Below are positions 10,101 to 19,758 of a DNA stretch of 64,000 bases, piece after piece. The DNA lies in contig CAWCMR010000008.1 of assembly GCA_963796685.1 (NCBI GenBank), positions 704,001 through 768,000 of the forward strand. The letters are read 5' to 3'. Both the position numbers and the translations under genes were made by a program. The DNA comes from an uncultured delta proteobacterium (GTDB lineage: Bacteria; Myxococcota_A; Polyangia; Fen-1088). The notes below the pieces were generated by a model. That model was not told the DNA's origin. It worked only from the letters and a program-made list of their open reading frames with translations, and searched no databases. Numbering within the stretch: position 1 is the first letter of the stretch; each line of letters opens with the position of its first letter.

Positions 10101-10349
10101 TGGATTCGTGTTGGTCCCGCCAAACATGACGAAGACCTTGCGAGTTTCGTCAAAGGCCGCCGCCTGGAGATAACGGCCGTCCGGCGTGCTGCTGGACCCA
10201 ACCTTCTGCCAGAGGGCGCTTTCCGAGGGGGGGACCAACCCGAGAGCCGCCTTGGCCGATTCGATATTCGAGGGGTCGTCTTTCCGGGATTCCTCGTTGC
10301 ATGCTGCGAGAGCCAGCAGAACGACAATGGAAATAGTTCTAGGCTTCAT
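7128..10349 (-). CDS. Large secreted kelch/beta-propeller lipoprotein with Cys-rich repeats and MYXO-CTERM-type tail
   Basis: Lipobox LALAAC; about 12 kelch-like blades (LFGG...DTWEWD); CASGNCVDGVCC repeats; Gly-rich linker; SGCSC+TM+RKRRRK; RBS AGGAGG. Confidence 0.85.
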   Translation of the reverse strand: MKPRTISIVVLLALAACNEESRKDDPSNIESAKAALGLVPPSESALWQKVGSSSTPDGRYLQAAAFDETRKVFVMFGGTNTNPSTGGVTPNQETWEWSPATGKWTNRTGAGAAPQARSGAAMVFDSARGKLVLFGGRAGSAFDYEDTWEWDPATGAWADVSAAGAHPSARSQHGMVYEKSTGKTLLFGGGRSDSASYDGTGITVSLGDTWEYDPAAHTWTELTVTSTPSGRHDFGLVWDSSRNKAVLFAGMQTDLANAAGVPKQDTWEWDPAAATWTERTASGTKPSQRYAHAMAFDGNRKKVMVFGGWDIGSGGSLNDLWEWEPTTGVWTERLTGSESGVPSPRMYASLVADDADARMELVAGVAPYGSYGMADAGIKIRPPGMGGGGAGSRDVWELDPATPAFADRTPPLDVPSARFSQAMAYNPSTGKTYVYGGSDATYGQYLDDLWEWDGKVWVQVPADVRPSARTQAALAYDPARKSLILYGGNGSMGTVGDTWEWGSSTRKWTQLNPSSSPDPLYGPGMVTDTVRNKILLFAGISDYYYAGPGTSYKNPMRNEVWEWDGAALTWTNRTPPASAMAPTARSNPILAYDEGRQKMFLYDGATYGTSLSAFWEWDPVSAGWSLLDTGDSLDYGYYDLVAYDSIRRREVLLTDAYSPNMGYQETWELDAKGPTWYVRPLPGSPGNQYGGTLAFDSARGVVVLFGGQSMTSSSITSETWEYRVSSLGNGEGCNASFATSCASGNCVDGVCCDEAACSGACKSCNVAGSEGTCVLVKAGTEVAGSCSSGQSCDGAGACKTKNGQVCTSAAECASGNCADGVCCDSACTGTCSSCNLAGQVGKCSPYPAGTDPQGECGVGTGVCKSTCDGVGNCAYPQTAVTCGTCYTCDGFGTCSNYDYYCGIAGPDGGYSYPEVGGIAVDPPRYPDGGFGTVDVARYPDGNFGGADGSLPNAGGAGGASTLGRGGSGGSNDGGSLPNSGGIGGGNDGGLANTGGRGGNSSSLGGAGGSILGLGGASGNRDGGVGDAGANANLHKSGCSCEVGQAKPADAASTVPFLVAGVALLLARKRRRKG

Positions 10350-10489
10350 CACGGGCCTCCTTGCGCAAGGGAACGAACCAGCGTCGCATCCTGACATCAA
10401 TGGTCGATTCGCGTAAGTGTTCTTGGTCACAGAGCGGCACAGTCGATGGCTCTTTTGCGTAATCTCCCATCGGTGCTATGGAGCTGGCC

Positions 10490-10678
10490 ATGGAAGACCG
10501 CCTGGTGACCCTGGAGATCCGCTACGCGCATCTCGAACGCCAAGTTGATGAGCTGAGCCAGGTGGTCTTCACGCAGCAGCAAGTGATCGACCGTCTGACC
10601 AAGGAGATCGCGCTCTTGCGCTCCCGCGCATCCGGTGTCGAAAACGGGCCCGGCACGGAGAAGCCGCCTCACTATTGA
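10490..10678 (+). CDS. slyX: SlyX family protein
   Basis: EDRLVTLEIR...EKPPHY signature. Confidence 0.9.
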   Translation: MEDRLVTLEIRYAHLERQVDELSQVVFTQQQVIDRLTKEIALLRSRASGVENGPGTEKPPHY

Positions 10679-10757
10679 GACGGTCAGCGCGCGCAAGATG
10701 TTCGGCGAGTACGCGCGCTATTACGGCGATTAGGTCGTCGCGCTGGTGTGCGACGAC

Positions 10758-11948
10758 CTAGCGACAGTCGATGCGGTAGTCGAAGCGCAGTCCGCTGGAG
10801 GCCGGGAAGGTTGCCGCGCGGGTGGCCTTCTCGACGCACGCCGCGAGGGGCGTGCCGGCCACCTTGCCGCCCACGTGGACGTTGGTGACGTGTCCGTCTT
10901 TGCCCACCGTGATCTTCAGCTCGGCGATGCCCTTTTGACCGAGTCGCTCGGCGCACTCGTTGCCGCGGGTCTTGACGCCGGCCATGACCCTGGAAATGTC
11001 GGCTGGCGAAAGCGAGGCCGCAGGCGGCGGCACTTCGCGTTTGGGCGGCGGCTCGGGCTGGCTCTTCTGCACGTCCTTGAGCAGGGCATCCAAATCCTTG
11101 TTTTCGCGCTTCTTGCCCTTGCCGCCCGTGACCCCGTCCGCCATCAGATTGTCGAGTGGATCGGACGATTGAGCTGCCTTGGTCTTCGCTGCGGGTTCGC
11201 TGGGTGATGGCCTGGGCTTTCCGCTTGGGGCGGCGGCCCTGGGCGCCTTCTCGAACTCGTCCTCGGTGGCGAAGGGATCGTCGGATCCCGAGGCTCTCCG
11301 TGTGGAAGACGAGGCCCTCACCGCACCCTTGGTGTGCCGTGAGCGCGCCACCGAAGCCTCCGCTACCGCGCCCTCCGCCCGGGCCGCGACCGGTGCGTGC
11401 CGAACCGGGACTACCACTTCGGCTGTGGGGGTCGGGACGACAACCGGCCCGGTCCTTCTCTCGACGGCGCTCGGGACAGGCTTCACCGCTGCCGGTGTCG
11501 GCTCGCCTGGCGCCTCGGCCGTAGGTGCCTTGGGCTCTCCGGCCGCCAGCCCGGACGCCGGGGTAATCACTGGCGCGATCGCCTTGACTTGAGGGGATAC
11601 GGGCCGGACGGGCGGCGGTGCCGGCCGGTGATTCTCAGCGAAGGGGGGAACGGACAGTCCCAACATCGGAGCCACGCGCTCCACCAGCACATAGGCTTGA
11701 TCGGTCAAAAAGGGCCCCGCGCCGATGCCACCTGCAAACACGAAGAAAGTCCACACCACCAACCATCTCCAGCGCCGCTTGGGCTTGGATTCGGGCACCT
11801 GGGACGGATAGGACAGATTCGGCAGGTTCGGCAGGCTGATGGGCCCCATGGACACGGGGAGGTTCAGCTCGGGCGGGGGCGCCTTGGGGTCCGACCAGGG
11901 ATTGTTTGGCTTCACGACCCGGATATTAGCCGAAAACAGCGCGCACAT
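10758..11948 (-). CDS. Bitopic membrane protein with Pro/Ala-rich linker and C-terminal TonB_C/AgmX-PglI-like domain
   Basis: One TM (WRWLVVWTFFVFAGG), low-complexity linker, C-terminal domain with two Cys (ECAE...ACVEKA...TFP); start uncertain. Confidence 0.65.
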   Translation of the reverse strand: MCALFSANIRVVKPNNPWSDPKAPPPELNLPVSMGPISLPNLPNLSYPSQVPESKPKRRWRWLVVWTFFVFAGGIGAGPFLTDQAYVLVERVAPMLGLSVPPFAENHRPAPPPVRPVSPQVKAIAPVITPASGLAAGEPKAPTAEAPGEPTPAAVKPVPSAVERRTGPVVVPTPTAEVVVPVRHAPVAARAEGAVAEASVARSRHTKGAVRASSSTRRASGSDDPFATEDEFEKAPRAAAPSGKPRPSPSEPAAKTKAAQSSDPLDNLMADGVTGGKGKKRENKDLDALLKDVQKSQPEPPPKREVPPPAASLSPADISRVMAGVKTRGNECAERLGQKGIAELKITVGKDGHVTNVHVGGKVAGTPLAACVEKATRAATFPASSGLRFDYRIDCR

Positions 11949-12033
11949 GACGAGCGCGATACGAGGCGCCGCGCTGTCACGGGGCGCCCGGACAAGGGAT
12001 CCCCGCCCAGGCGCATCCGCGAGCTCGTGCCCG

Positions 12034-12363
12034 CTACTTCTTGAAGCTACGGCAGGCCTTGACCAGGTCCTTGGCCTCCGCGGGCGTCACCTTGGTGGGC
12101 GGCATCATCATCTTGCCCTCGGGGCTCTTGACGCCTTCGAGGATGATCTTCTCCCACTGTGCGTCCGTGGATTCGGCTTGCACCTTGGCGTTGGTCAGAT
12201 CCTTCATCTGGTACTTCTTACCCATCGAGGTGGCGGCCTTGCCGTCCTTGCCGTGGCACCCCGCGCACTTCTTGCCGTACATCTCCATGCCGTCCGCGTG
12301 TGCCGCGCCCGACACGCCGATCACGAACAGGGCTGCCATCATCATCTTGAGTGCTGTCTTCAT
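12034..12363 (-). CDS. Class I monoheme cytochrome c
   Basis: Signal peptide ending AHA, CAGCH motif, distal Met in MMMPP; RBS GGAGG. Confidence 0.92.
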   Translation of the reverse strand: MKTALKMMMAALFVIGVSGAAHADGMEMYGKKCAGCHGKDGKAATSMGKKYQMKDLTNAKVQAESTDAQWEKIILEGVKSPEGKMMMPPTKVTPAEAKDLVKACRSFKK

Positions 12364-12720
12364 GGTCTCGATCCTCCTTCATTTCCTTGGTTCACAGACT
12401 CTTCGGACAAACGCCCTGCGTGGGCGAGATTCTGTCGTTGGCGTGGGATCTCGGTTCGACGCTGGGCGGTCCATGACGGCCCAAAGAAGAGCGCCCTTGT
12501 CTTGCTTTAGCTTTGACTAACACGGGTGCGGCGATATTCAAAGATCGACCTTCGTCAGCCTACGCAAAGGGCCACGTTGACGATTGCGCGGCCCCATCCT
12601 GAGCCGCAACGAAATACTAAGAAGACCGGAATGGTGGGAGTTGATTGCCGGTGGAGCTGGATCCTGCCGAGCCGACAAGGCGCACCTCACTCGCAGTCCG
12701 TGTATTCGTTCCTTCGCAAC

Positions 12721-14262
12721 CTACCCCTTCTGCAAGAAGGTCAGGGAAGACTGCGTCCACGCGATGATGGGTGTCCACCAAATCCCGAACAAGATCAACG
12801 CGGCCGAGAAGGCGCCGAGCATGATCTGGTAGCTGACCTTCGGACGCACGACCAGCTCGCCCTCGGGCGCGTCGATGAACATGGCGCGCACGATGCGCAC
12901 GTAATAGTAAAGCGACACGGCCGTGTTGAGGGCCGCGATGACGGCGAGCACGACGTACCAGCCGCCGCCCTCCTCGGAATAGTGGTTCAGCACCGCCACG
13001 AACAGATACCACTTGCCGGCAAAGCCGGCCAAGGGCGGCAGCCCGGCCAGCGAGAACAGGAAGATGGCGAAGGTGATTGCCAACAAGGGATGGCGATGGG
13101 CCAGGCCCTTGCAGTCGGCGATGGTTTCCGATCCTGTGGCCTGGCCGATGGCGATGACCGCGAGGAAGGCCCCCAGGTTCATCACCAGATAGATCAGCAA
13201 GTAGATCATCACGCTCTGCACGCCGAGCAACGAGGCCGCGGAAAGCCCCATCAGCGCGTAGCCCGCGTGCGAGATGGACGAATAGGCCAGCAGACGCTTG
13301 AGGTTGTTCTGGTGGAGGGCGGTGAAATTGCCCAGGGTGATGGTGACCGCGGCCAGAATACCCACCACCGCGGGCCAGGGAACATTGATGAGACCTCGCG
13401 CGAGTCCCTCGGTGCCCACGCCACTGGCCAGCGAGCTGTAGAAGAACCGGATGGCGAGGGCAAAGCCCGCCGCCTTGGGACCGACGGACAAGAAGGCCGT
13501 GAACGGCGTCGGCGCGCCCTCGTACACGTCGGGACACCACATGTGCCATGGCACCGCCGCAATCTTGTAACCAATGCCGCACAGGACGAAGATGACCGCG
13601 ACCATGATGGCCACGCGCAGGCCGGCCTGGCTACCCGCCATGGCCGGCATGGCCAGGCTGTCGAGACGCGCGCCCAAACCAAGTAGACTCGTGGTGCCGG
13701 TGAGGCCGTAGAGATAGGAGAGCCCGAACAGCATGATGCCCGAGGCGACACCGCCGTAGATGACGTATTTCAGCGACGCCTCGGCGGCAAAACGATCACC
13801 AGGCTTGTAGCCGGCGATGGCATAGCTTGGCAGCGAGACCATTTCGACCGCGAGGTAGAGCATGAGCAGGTCGAGCGAGCTGGCCATGAGGAACATACCA
13901 AGAACAATGGACAGCAAGAGCGCGTAGAACACGCCCAGGCGAAGCGGGCCGAATTCCGTCGCACGGACGGCGATGAGCACGGTGAGCACGCCGGCGGCGA
14001 GGAACAGCCACTTGAAGAAGGTGGCGAAGGGGTCGCTGGCGAGCATGCCGTTGAACATGACGCGACTTTCCACGTGCTGGAAGGCAAGGCAGCCCGCCGC
14101 AACGGCAAAGCAGGCCAGCACGCCCAGGGTCAGGACCAGCACGCGCTGGCGGCTCCTCTTGAAGAGCACGTCCAAGAGAAAGAGCAGCAGCACGCCCACG
14201 CTCAGCACCAGCTCTGGTCTGAACCACGATGCGCTCGCGATGTTGAACTCGGTGGTAGTCAT
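12721..14262 (-). CDS. nuoN: NADH-quinone oxidoreductase subunit N
   Basis: EASLKY, PWHMWCPDVYEGAP, KRLLAYSSISHAGY, SLAGLPP. Confidence 0.95.
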   Translation of the reverse strand: MTTTEFNIASASWFRPELVLSVGVLLLFLLDVLFKRSRQRVLVLTLGVLACFAVAAGCLAFQHVESRVMFNGMLASDPFATFFKWLFLAAGVLTVLIAVRATEFGPLRLGVFYALLLSIVLGMFLMASSLDLLMLYLAVEMVSLPSYAIAGYKPGDRFAAEASLKYVIYGGVASGIMLFGLSYLYGLTGTTSLLGLGARLDSLAMPAMAGSQAGLRVAIMVAVIFVLCGIGYKIAAVPWHMWCPDVYEGAPTPFTAFLSVGPKAAGFALAIRFFYSSLASGVGTEGLARGLINVPWPAVVGILAAVTITLGNFTALHQNNLKRLLAYSSISHAGYALMGLSAASLLGVQSVMIYLLIYLVMNLGAFLAVIAIGQATGSETIADCKGLAHRHPLLAITFAIFLFSLAGLPPLAGFAGKWYLFVAVLNHYSEEGGGWYVVLAVIAALNTAVSLYYYVRIVRAMFIDAPEGELVVRPKVSYQIMLGAFSAALILFGIWWTPIIAWTQSSLTFLQKG

Positions 14263-14287
14263 ACGGTTCCCTTCGGGCCGGGAATAA

Positions 14288-15946
14288 TCACATCGGTTTG
14301 AGGCCGCTGATGAGCTGGACGAGCGTCGGATTGATCACCGACAAGATGGCCTGTGGGTAGAAGCCGAGCACGACAGCGATGGCGCCGAGCGGGTAGAGCA
14401 CGATGCGTTCGCGCCAGTTGAGGTCGGGATAGTCTTTGTAGATTGGGTTCAGCTTGCCCAGGAAGGCGCGGTGGATGGCCCACAAGTAGTAGGCCGCGGT
14501 GATGATGACCGCGGTGGCCGAAATGGCCGTGAACAGCATGTAGGTGGGGAACGAGCCCGAGAGCACCAGGAACTCGGCCACGAACCCGCACATGCCGGGC
14601 AGGCCCAACGAAGCGAAGAACGCCAGCCCGGTGATGGCCGAGTACTCGGGCATGGCCACGGCAAGTCCGCCGAAGCGTCCGATCTCGCGGTGGTGGGCGC
14701 GGTCGTAGATCACGCCCACGATAAGGAACAACATGGGCGAGATGATGCCGTGGGAGAACATATTGAACACGGCACCGGAGATTCCGGCGGGGGTCATGGC
14801 CGCCATGCCGAGCAGGGTGAACCCCATGTGGCTGACCGACGAGTAGGCGATGAGCTTCTTGAGATCGCTCTGCGCCAGGCACACGAAGGCGGCATAGACG
14901 ATGTTGATCACGCCAAAGAGGGCGATGGCGTTGGCAGCCCATTCCGTGGCGTCGGGCAAGAGCGGGTAGTTGAAGCGCAGGATGCCATAAGGGCCCATCT
15001 TCAGGAGCACGCCGGCCAGGATGACGGAGACGGGCGTGGGCGCTTCGACGTGGGCGTCGGGCAACCAGGTGTGGAACGGAAACATCGGAATCTTGATGGC
15101 GAAGCCGATGAAGAGCGCGACGAAGGCGATCTTGCTGAAGGCAAAGCCGAAGATGGCCGACGAGTGGGCGAACACGCCCTGCTTGCCTTGCGTGGCCAGG
15201 GCCAGCAGGTTCAAGGTGTGGCCGCTCGACATGGTTCCGTCGGCCAGCGGCGCGGCGTGGCTGTTGTAGTAGATACCGATGATCGCCAGCAGCATCAGCA
15301 CCGAGCCGACCAGGGTGTAGAGGAAGAACTTGATGGCGGCGTACTCCTTGCGCGGGCCGCCCCAGATGCCGATGAGGAAGTACATCGGCAACAGCATCAC
15401 CTCCCAGAAGACATAGAACAGGAACATGTCGAGGGCGACGAAGGTGCCCATCATGCCGGTCTGGAGCAGAAGCAGCATGCACATGTAGCCCGGCACCATG
15501 CGCACCGAGAAATGCTTGGGGTGATGACCGGCGTCCTCGCCCGGGTGTCCGTGCTCGGTCATGCCCGCCATCTCGCTGTACTTGGCCCCGCTCCACCAGG
15601 GCATGGACGCGATGAAGGCGACGAAGGAGATCAGCCCGGTCAAGAGCACCATCGAGATGGACAGCCCGTCGACGCCCATCAGGTATTCGATGTTGAAGCT
15701 CTTGATCCAGACGAAGTGTTGAACCATCTGCACGCCCGACTTGGCCGGGTCGAACCAGATCCACGCGAGGATCGCGCAACCCATGGACAGGCCGCTGGCC
15801 GCAAGGCCGGTGATGCGCGCCAACTGGTCGAGCGCATGGCGGGAAAGCCCCAGGAAAAACCTGGCCGCCGTGAAGAGAAGGATCACCGCCAACCCGATGA
15901 GCGGGAAGAAGGTGGCCCAGGAAAGGACGTTCTGTTGACTGATCAT
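14288..15946 (-). CDS. nuoM: NADH-quinone oxidoreductase subunit M
   Basis: GVDGLS, FWEVMLLPMY, PFHTWLPDAHVEAP, KKLIAYSSVSHMG. Confidence 0.95.
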   Translation of the reverse strand: MISQQNVLSWATFFPLIGLAVILLFTAARFFLGLSRHALDQLARITGLAASGLSMGCAILAWIWFDPAKSGVQMVQHFVWIKSFNIEYLMGVDGLSISMVLLTGLISFVAFIASMPWWSGAKYSEMAGMTEHGHPGEDAGHHPKHFSVRMVPGYMCMLLLLQTGMMGTFVALDMFLFYVFWEVMLLPMYFLIGIWGGPRKEYAAIKFFLYTLVGSVLMLLAIIGIYYNSHAAPLADGTMSSGHTLNLLALATQGKQGVFAHSSAIFGFAFSKIAFVALFIGFAIKIPMFPFHTWLPDAHVEAPTPVSVILAGVLLKMGPYGILRFNYPLLPDATEWAANAIALFGVINIVYAAFVCLAQSDLKKLIAYSSVSHMGFTLLGMAAMTPAGISGAVFNMFSHGIISPMLFLIVGVIYDRAHHREIGRFGGLAVAMPEYSAITGLAFFASLGLPGMCGFVAEFLVLSGSFPTYMLFTAISATAVIITAAYYLWAIHRAFLGKLNPIYKDYPDLNWRERIVLYPLGAIAVVLGFYPQAILSVINPTLVQLISGLKPM

Positions 15947-15968
15947 GAGCGCATGTCCCCGGTCGTCG

Positions 15969-18248
15969 TCACTTGATGATGAAATTGAGGAGCACGATGG
16001 CGATGGCCCCCACCAGTGCACCGTAGAGATAGGTTTGAATACGGCCGGTCTGCACCCGGCGCAGGATGCTGCCCGCCGACAGCGCCGAGCCCGCCACCAG
16101 ATTGACCGCGCCGTCTACCAAGTAGCGATCGATGGCACCGTCGATGTTGGCGAACACGCGCGTGACCGCGCCGGCCAGATTCACGATGCCGTCGATGAGG
16201 TTCTTGTCGAACCACGACAGCGCGCGCGCCAGGCTCAGCGAGCCGCGCAGCACCGTGGCCTGGTACAGCTCGTCGACGTAGTACTTGTTGTAGACCACGG
16301 TCCAAGCGCGTTTCCATCGTTCGAGGAGTCGGGCGGGCACCTGGCTCTTGTTGTCCTTGTAGAGCATGCGCGCGAAGAGCCAGCCGATGACCCCGGCCCC
16401 GACGCCGATGGCCTGGAACAGGAACTCGGTCGAGTGCGAGGCCTCGGCGAACTTCACGATCGCGGGCAAGGCCGGCTCCAGCCAGTGCTCGAGGATGGGC
16501 GCGCTGCCGGTCCAGGCCGTGGGAATGCCCAGGATCGCCGCCAGCACCGCGCCCGCCGCCAGGGTCACCAGCACGAAGGTAATTGAGCGCGGCGATTCCT
16601 TCGGCTCGTGGCCGTGTCCTTCCACGTGGCCATGGCCGCGATACTCGCCCGTGAACGTCATGTAGTAGCTGCGGAACATGTAGAACGACGTTCCGGTGGC
16701 CGCGATGATGCCCATGAAATAGATGAGCTGGCCGAGCCAAGGCGCGGGGAAGCCGAGAAAGGCCATGCCCTCCTGAGAGAACGCCTTCCACAGGATCTCG
16801 TCCTTGGAGTAGAAACCGCTGGCCCAGGGAAAGCCGGCGATGGCCCAACAGGCGGCCAGGTAGGTCCACTTGGTGATGGGCATGAGCTTGCCGAGCCCGC
16901 CCATCTTGCGCATGTCCTGCTCGTGATGGCAGCCGAGGATCACCGAGCCCGAACCAAGGAACAGCGTGGCCTTGAAAAAGGCGTGGGTGAGCAAATGGTA
17001 GGCGCCGGCCCAGTACGCGCCCACGCCCACGCCGATGAACATGAAACCGAGCTGCGAGACCGTCGAGTAGGCCAGCACCTTCTTGATGTCGTACTGGAAG
17101 AACCCGATGCTGGCGGCGAACAGCGCGGTGAGCGCGCCGATGAACGCCACCCAGCCCATGGCGGTCGGCGAGAGCGCGAAGATGAAATTGAGACGCGCCA
17201 CCATGTACACGCCGGCGGTCACCATGGTCGCCGCGTGAATGAGGGCGGACACCGGCGTGGGACCGGCCATGGCGTCGGGCAACCACACGTGCAGAGGCAA
17301 CTGCGCGCTCTTGCCCATGGCACCGACGAACAGCAGGATGCCGACCATGGCCAGCAGGCCAAAGCCGAAGAGCTTCTGGTGCTTGAGGTGCTCGGCCACG
17401 CCCGTGCTGGTGATGACGATCTCGTCGCGTAGCTCGCGGAAATTCAGGGTGGGACCGGTAATAATTCGGGAACCCTGGGAGGGTTTCGCATCGTCAGGCA
17501 GGCCGTGACCGTGCGCCGCTGCCGCGTAGGCTGCCGTGTGCACGTCGGTCTCGACATAGGTCGTTTTGCCGTCGGGTCCCTCGTGCCACGCCCCGCCCAG
17601 CGCCCAGAACAGCAGGAACAGCCCGAGGATGAAGCCGAAGTCGCCGAAGCGGTTGACCACGAAGGCCTTCATGCCGGCCGCCGCCTTCTGCGAATCCGTG
17701 TACCAGAAGGCAATCAGCAAGTAACTGCAAAGGCCCACGCCCTCCCAGCCGAAGAACATGAGGACGAAGTTGTCGCCCATCACGAGCAGGAGCATCGAGA
17801 AGACGAACAGGTTCAAGTACGAGAAGAAACGCCAGTACGACGGCTCGTCCGCCATGTACCCGGTGGAGAACACGTGAATCGTCGTCCCGATGAAGGTGAT
17901 GATGAGGGTCATCATCATGCTCAGCGGATCGAGGGCGAACCCGAGATCCACCGACACCTTGCCCGCCGTGAAAATATTCCACAGCGTGTCCTGCAAGAAG
18001 CGATGCTCGCCATCCAGACCGTACAAGGTCGCGAAGGCCACGCAGGCGGTGGCGAAGGACAGCAACATGGCGCCGATGCCGATGCCGTGGACCAGGCCTT
18101 TGCCGAAGCGGCGCTGCAGGCGCACGCCCATGGTCGCGTTGATGAACGCGCCCACGAGCGGGAAGAAGGGAATGAGCCACAGGTAGCTCGCGCTCTGCGT
18201 GGCGAGCGGAGCCAGATGGTGGGCAGCGTGTTCCAGCGTGTGTTCCAT
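15969..18248 (-). CDS. nuoL: NADH-quinone oxidoreductase subunit L
   Basis: GWEGVGLCSYLLI, GKSAQLPLHVWLPDAMAGPTPVSALIHAATMV. Confidence 0.95.
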   Translation of the reverse strand: MEHTLEHAAHHLAPLATQSASYLWLIPFFPLVGAFINATMGVRLQRRFGKGLVHGIGIGAMLLSFATACVAFATLYGLDGEHRFLQDTLWNIFTAGKVSVDLGFALDPLSMMMTLIITFIGTTIHVFSTGYMADEPSYWRFFSYLNLFVFSMLLLVMGDNFVLMFFGWEGVGLCSYLLIAFWYTDSQKAAAGMKAFVVNRFGDFGFILGLFLLFWALGGAWHEGPDGKTTYVETDVHTAAYAAAAHGHGLPDDAKPSQGSRIITGPTLNFRELRDEIVITSTGVAEHLKHQKLFGFGLLAMVGILLFVGAMGKSAQLPLHVWLPDAMAGPTPVSALIHAATMVTAGVYMVARLNFIFALSPTAMGWVAFIGALTALFAASIGFFQYDIKKVLAYSTVSQLGFMFIGVGVGAYWAGAYHLLTHAFFKATLFLGSGSVILGCHHEQDMRKMGGLGKLMPITKWTYLAACWAIAGFPWASGFYSKDEILWKAFSQEGMAFLGFPAPWLGQLIYFMGIIAATGTSFYMFRSYYMTFTGEYRGHGHVEGHGHEPKESPRSITFVLVTLAAGAVLAAILGIPTAWTGSAPILEHWLEPALPAIVKFAEASHSTEFLFQAIGVGAGVIGWLFARMLYKDNKSQVPARLLERWKRAWTVVYNKYYVDELYQATVLRGSLSLARALSWFDKNLIDGIVNLAGAVTRVFANIDGAIDRYLVDGAVNLVAGSALSAGSILRRVQTGRIQTYLYGALVGAIAIVLLNFIIK

Positions 18249-18262
18249 GATGACTTCCGCTG

Positions 18263-18574
18263 CTATTCCTTGAGCCTCGTGGCTTGCGACGCGTCGATGT
18301 TGCGCCCCATCTGGTAGATGGCGAGGATGATGGCCAAGCCCACGGCGGCCTCGGCCGCGGCGAGCACGATCACGAACAGACTGAAGACCTGTCCCCCGAC
18401 GCCGCCGGCCACGTAGCGGCCAAAGGCGACCAGATTGAGGTTGGCGGCATTGAGGATGAGCTCGATGCCCATGAGCACGGCCACGGCGTTGCGCCGGGTG
18501 ACCACGGCGAGCATGCCAAAGCCGAAAAGCAGGGCGCCAATGACAAGAAAATGATTGAGCGTCAGGTGTGCCAT
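18263..18574 (-). CDS. nuoK: NADH-quinone oxidoreductase subunit K
   Basis: RRN...GIELILNAANL...AAAEAAVGLAI. Confidence 0.95.
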   Translation of the reverse strand: MAHLTLNHFLVIGALLFGFGMLAVVTRRNAVAVLMGIELILNAANLNLVAFGRYVAGGVGGQVFSLFVIVLAAAEAAVGLAIILAIYQMGRNIDASQATRLKE

Positions 18575-18594
18575 GATGGATTGCCGCCCTTCCC

Positions 18595-19098
18595 CTAGTC
18601 GGACTTGACTTCTTTGCGAGCGATGACGATGGCGCCGACCAAGGTCGCGACGAGCACGACCGACGCGATCTCGAAGGGCAAGAGCCATGTCCCGAGCAGG
18701 CCGTTGCCGATGGCCACGGTCGTGTCGACCACGGGTTTTTCGGCGGTGAGCTTCCAGGGTGCCCAGATGGCGACGAAACAGAGCAACGTCGCCGTGACGA
18801 AGAAGACCGCGTACCCGCCGACGAGCCCCATGCTGCGATTCGAGACGTTGACGTCCTGGATCTGACTGGTGAGCATGACCGCGAAGATGATGAGCACCAG
18901 CACGCCGCCGATGTAGACCAGGAGCTGGGTGATGGCCACGAAATCCGCGGACAGCAGCACGTAGAGCCCGCCCACCCCGACGAGGGACGAGAGCAGGCCC
19001 ATGGCGCTCCAGAAGATGTTGCGCGACAGCGCCACCCCCGCGGCGCCGATCAGGGTCGCCAGGGCGAGAAACGCGAAGATGACGAGCTCGGTTTGCAT
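18595..19098 (-). CDS. nuoJ: NADH-quinone oxidoreductase subunit J
   Basis: QLLVYIGGVLVL, LLPFEIAS; operon position. Confidence 0.93.
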   Translation of the reverse strand: MQTELVIFAFLALATLIGAAGVALSRNIFWSAMGLLSSLVGVGGLYVLLSADFVAITQLLVYIGGVLVLIIFAVMLTSQIQDVNVSNRSMGLVGGYAVFFVTATLLCFVAIWAPWKLTAEKPVVDTTVAIGNGLLGTWLLPFEIASVVLVATLVGAIVIARKEVKSD

Positions 19099-19101
19099 GA
19101 C

Positions 19102-19758
19102 CTAGTCCTTCTTGGAAGAAGGACCCCGGGAGGGTCCTTCAGATCCCCCGCGCCGAGTCCCCTCGGGCGAAGCCCCCCGGTCATCACGCGCCTCGGGGAC
19201 AAGGATGGATGGGGGCGCGATCCACGAGGCCTGCGCCAGCTTCTTGCGCAGGATTTCCCCGACCGGGGCGCGCGGCGCATCCTGGCCCTTGACCGGCCGG
19301 TAGAACGGCGCCGGCTTCTCCGGGTCGGGCACCCAGCGGAAGACCAGGCTGTCGACGGACTTCATGGTGGATTCGAATTCGCGCGTGTGGGCAATGGCGC
19401 CGGTGGGACAAGGTTCGACGCACAAACCACAGAACATGCACTTCGATTCGTCGATGTCGAATTGGGTGATGAGCCGCTGCTTGGGATTCGTCGGATCCTT
19501 GTCGGTCGAGATCTTGATGACGCTGATGGGACAGGCTCGCTCGCAGGCCATGCAGCCCGTGCACACGTTCATGTCCACTTCCAGGATGCCGCGGTAGCGT
19601 GACGGCAGCGTGTCGGCCACCCGCTTCTCCGTGCGATCCGGGTACTGCACCGTGATCGGCCGGCGCAGCATGTAGGACAGGGTGACCGACAGCCCTTCGT
19701 AGAACGTCTTCACGACGTCCGTGATGTGTCCAAAATATTCGCGAATTCCTTCAGCCAT
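19102..19758 (-). CDS. nuoI: NADH-quinone oxidoreductase subunit I
   Basis: TVQYP; two CxxCxxCxxxCP ferredoxin motifs; TGATG overlap with nuoH. Confidence 0.93.
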   Translation of the reverse strand: MAEGIREYFGHITDVVKTFYEGLSVTLSYMLRRPITVQYPDRTEKRVADTLPSRYRGILEVDMNVCTGCMACERACPISVIKISTDKDPTNPKQRLITQFDIDESKCMFCGLCVEPCPTGAIAHTREFESTMKSVDSLVFRWVPDPEKPAPFYRPVKGQDAPRAPVGEILRKKLAQASWIAPPSILVPEARDDRGASPEGTRRGGSEGPSRGPSSKKD

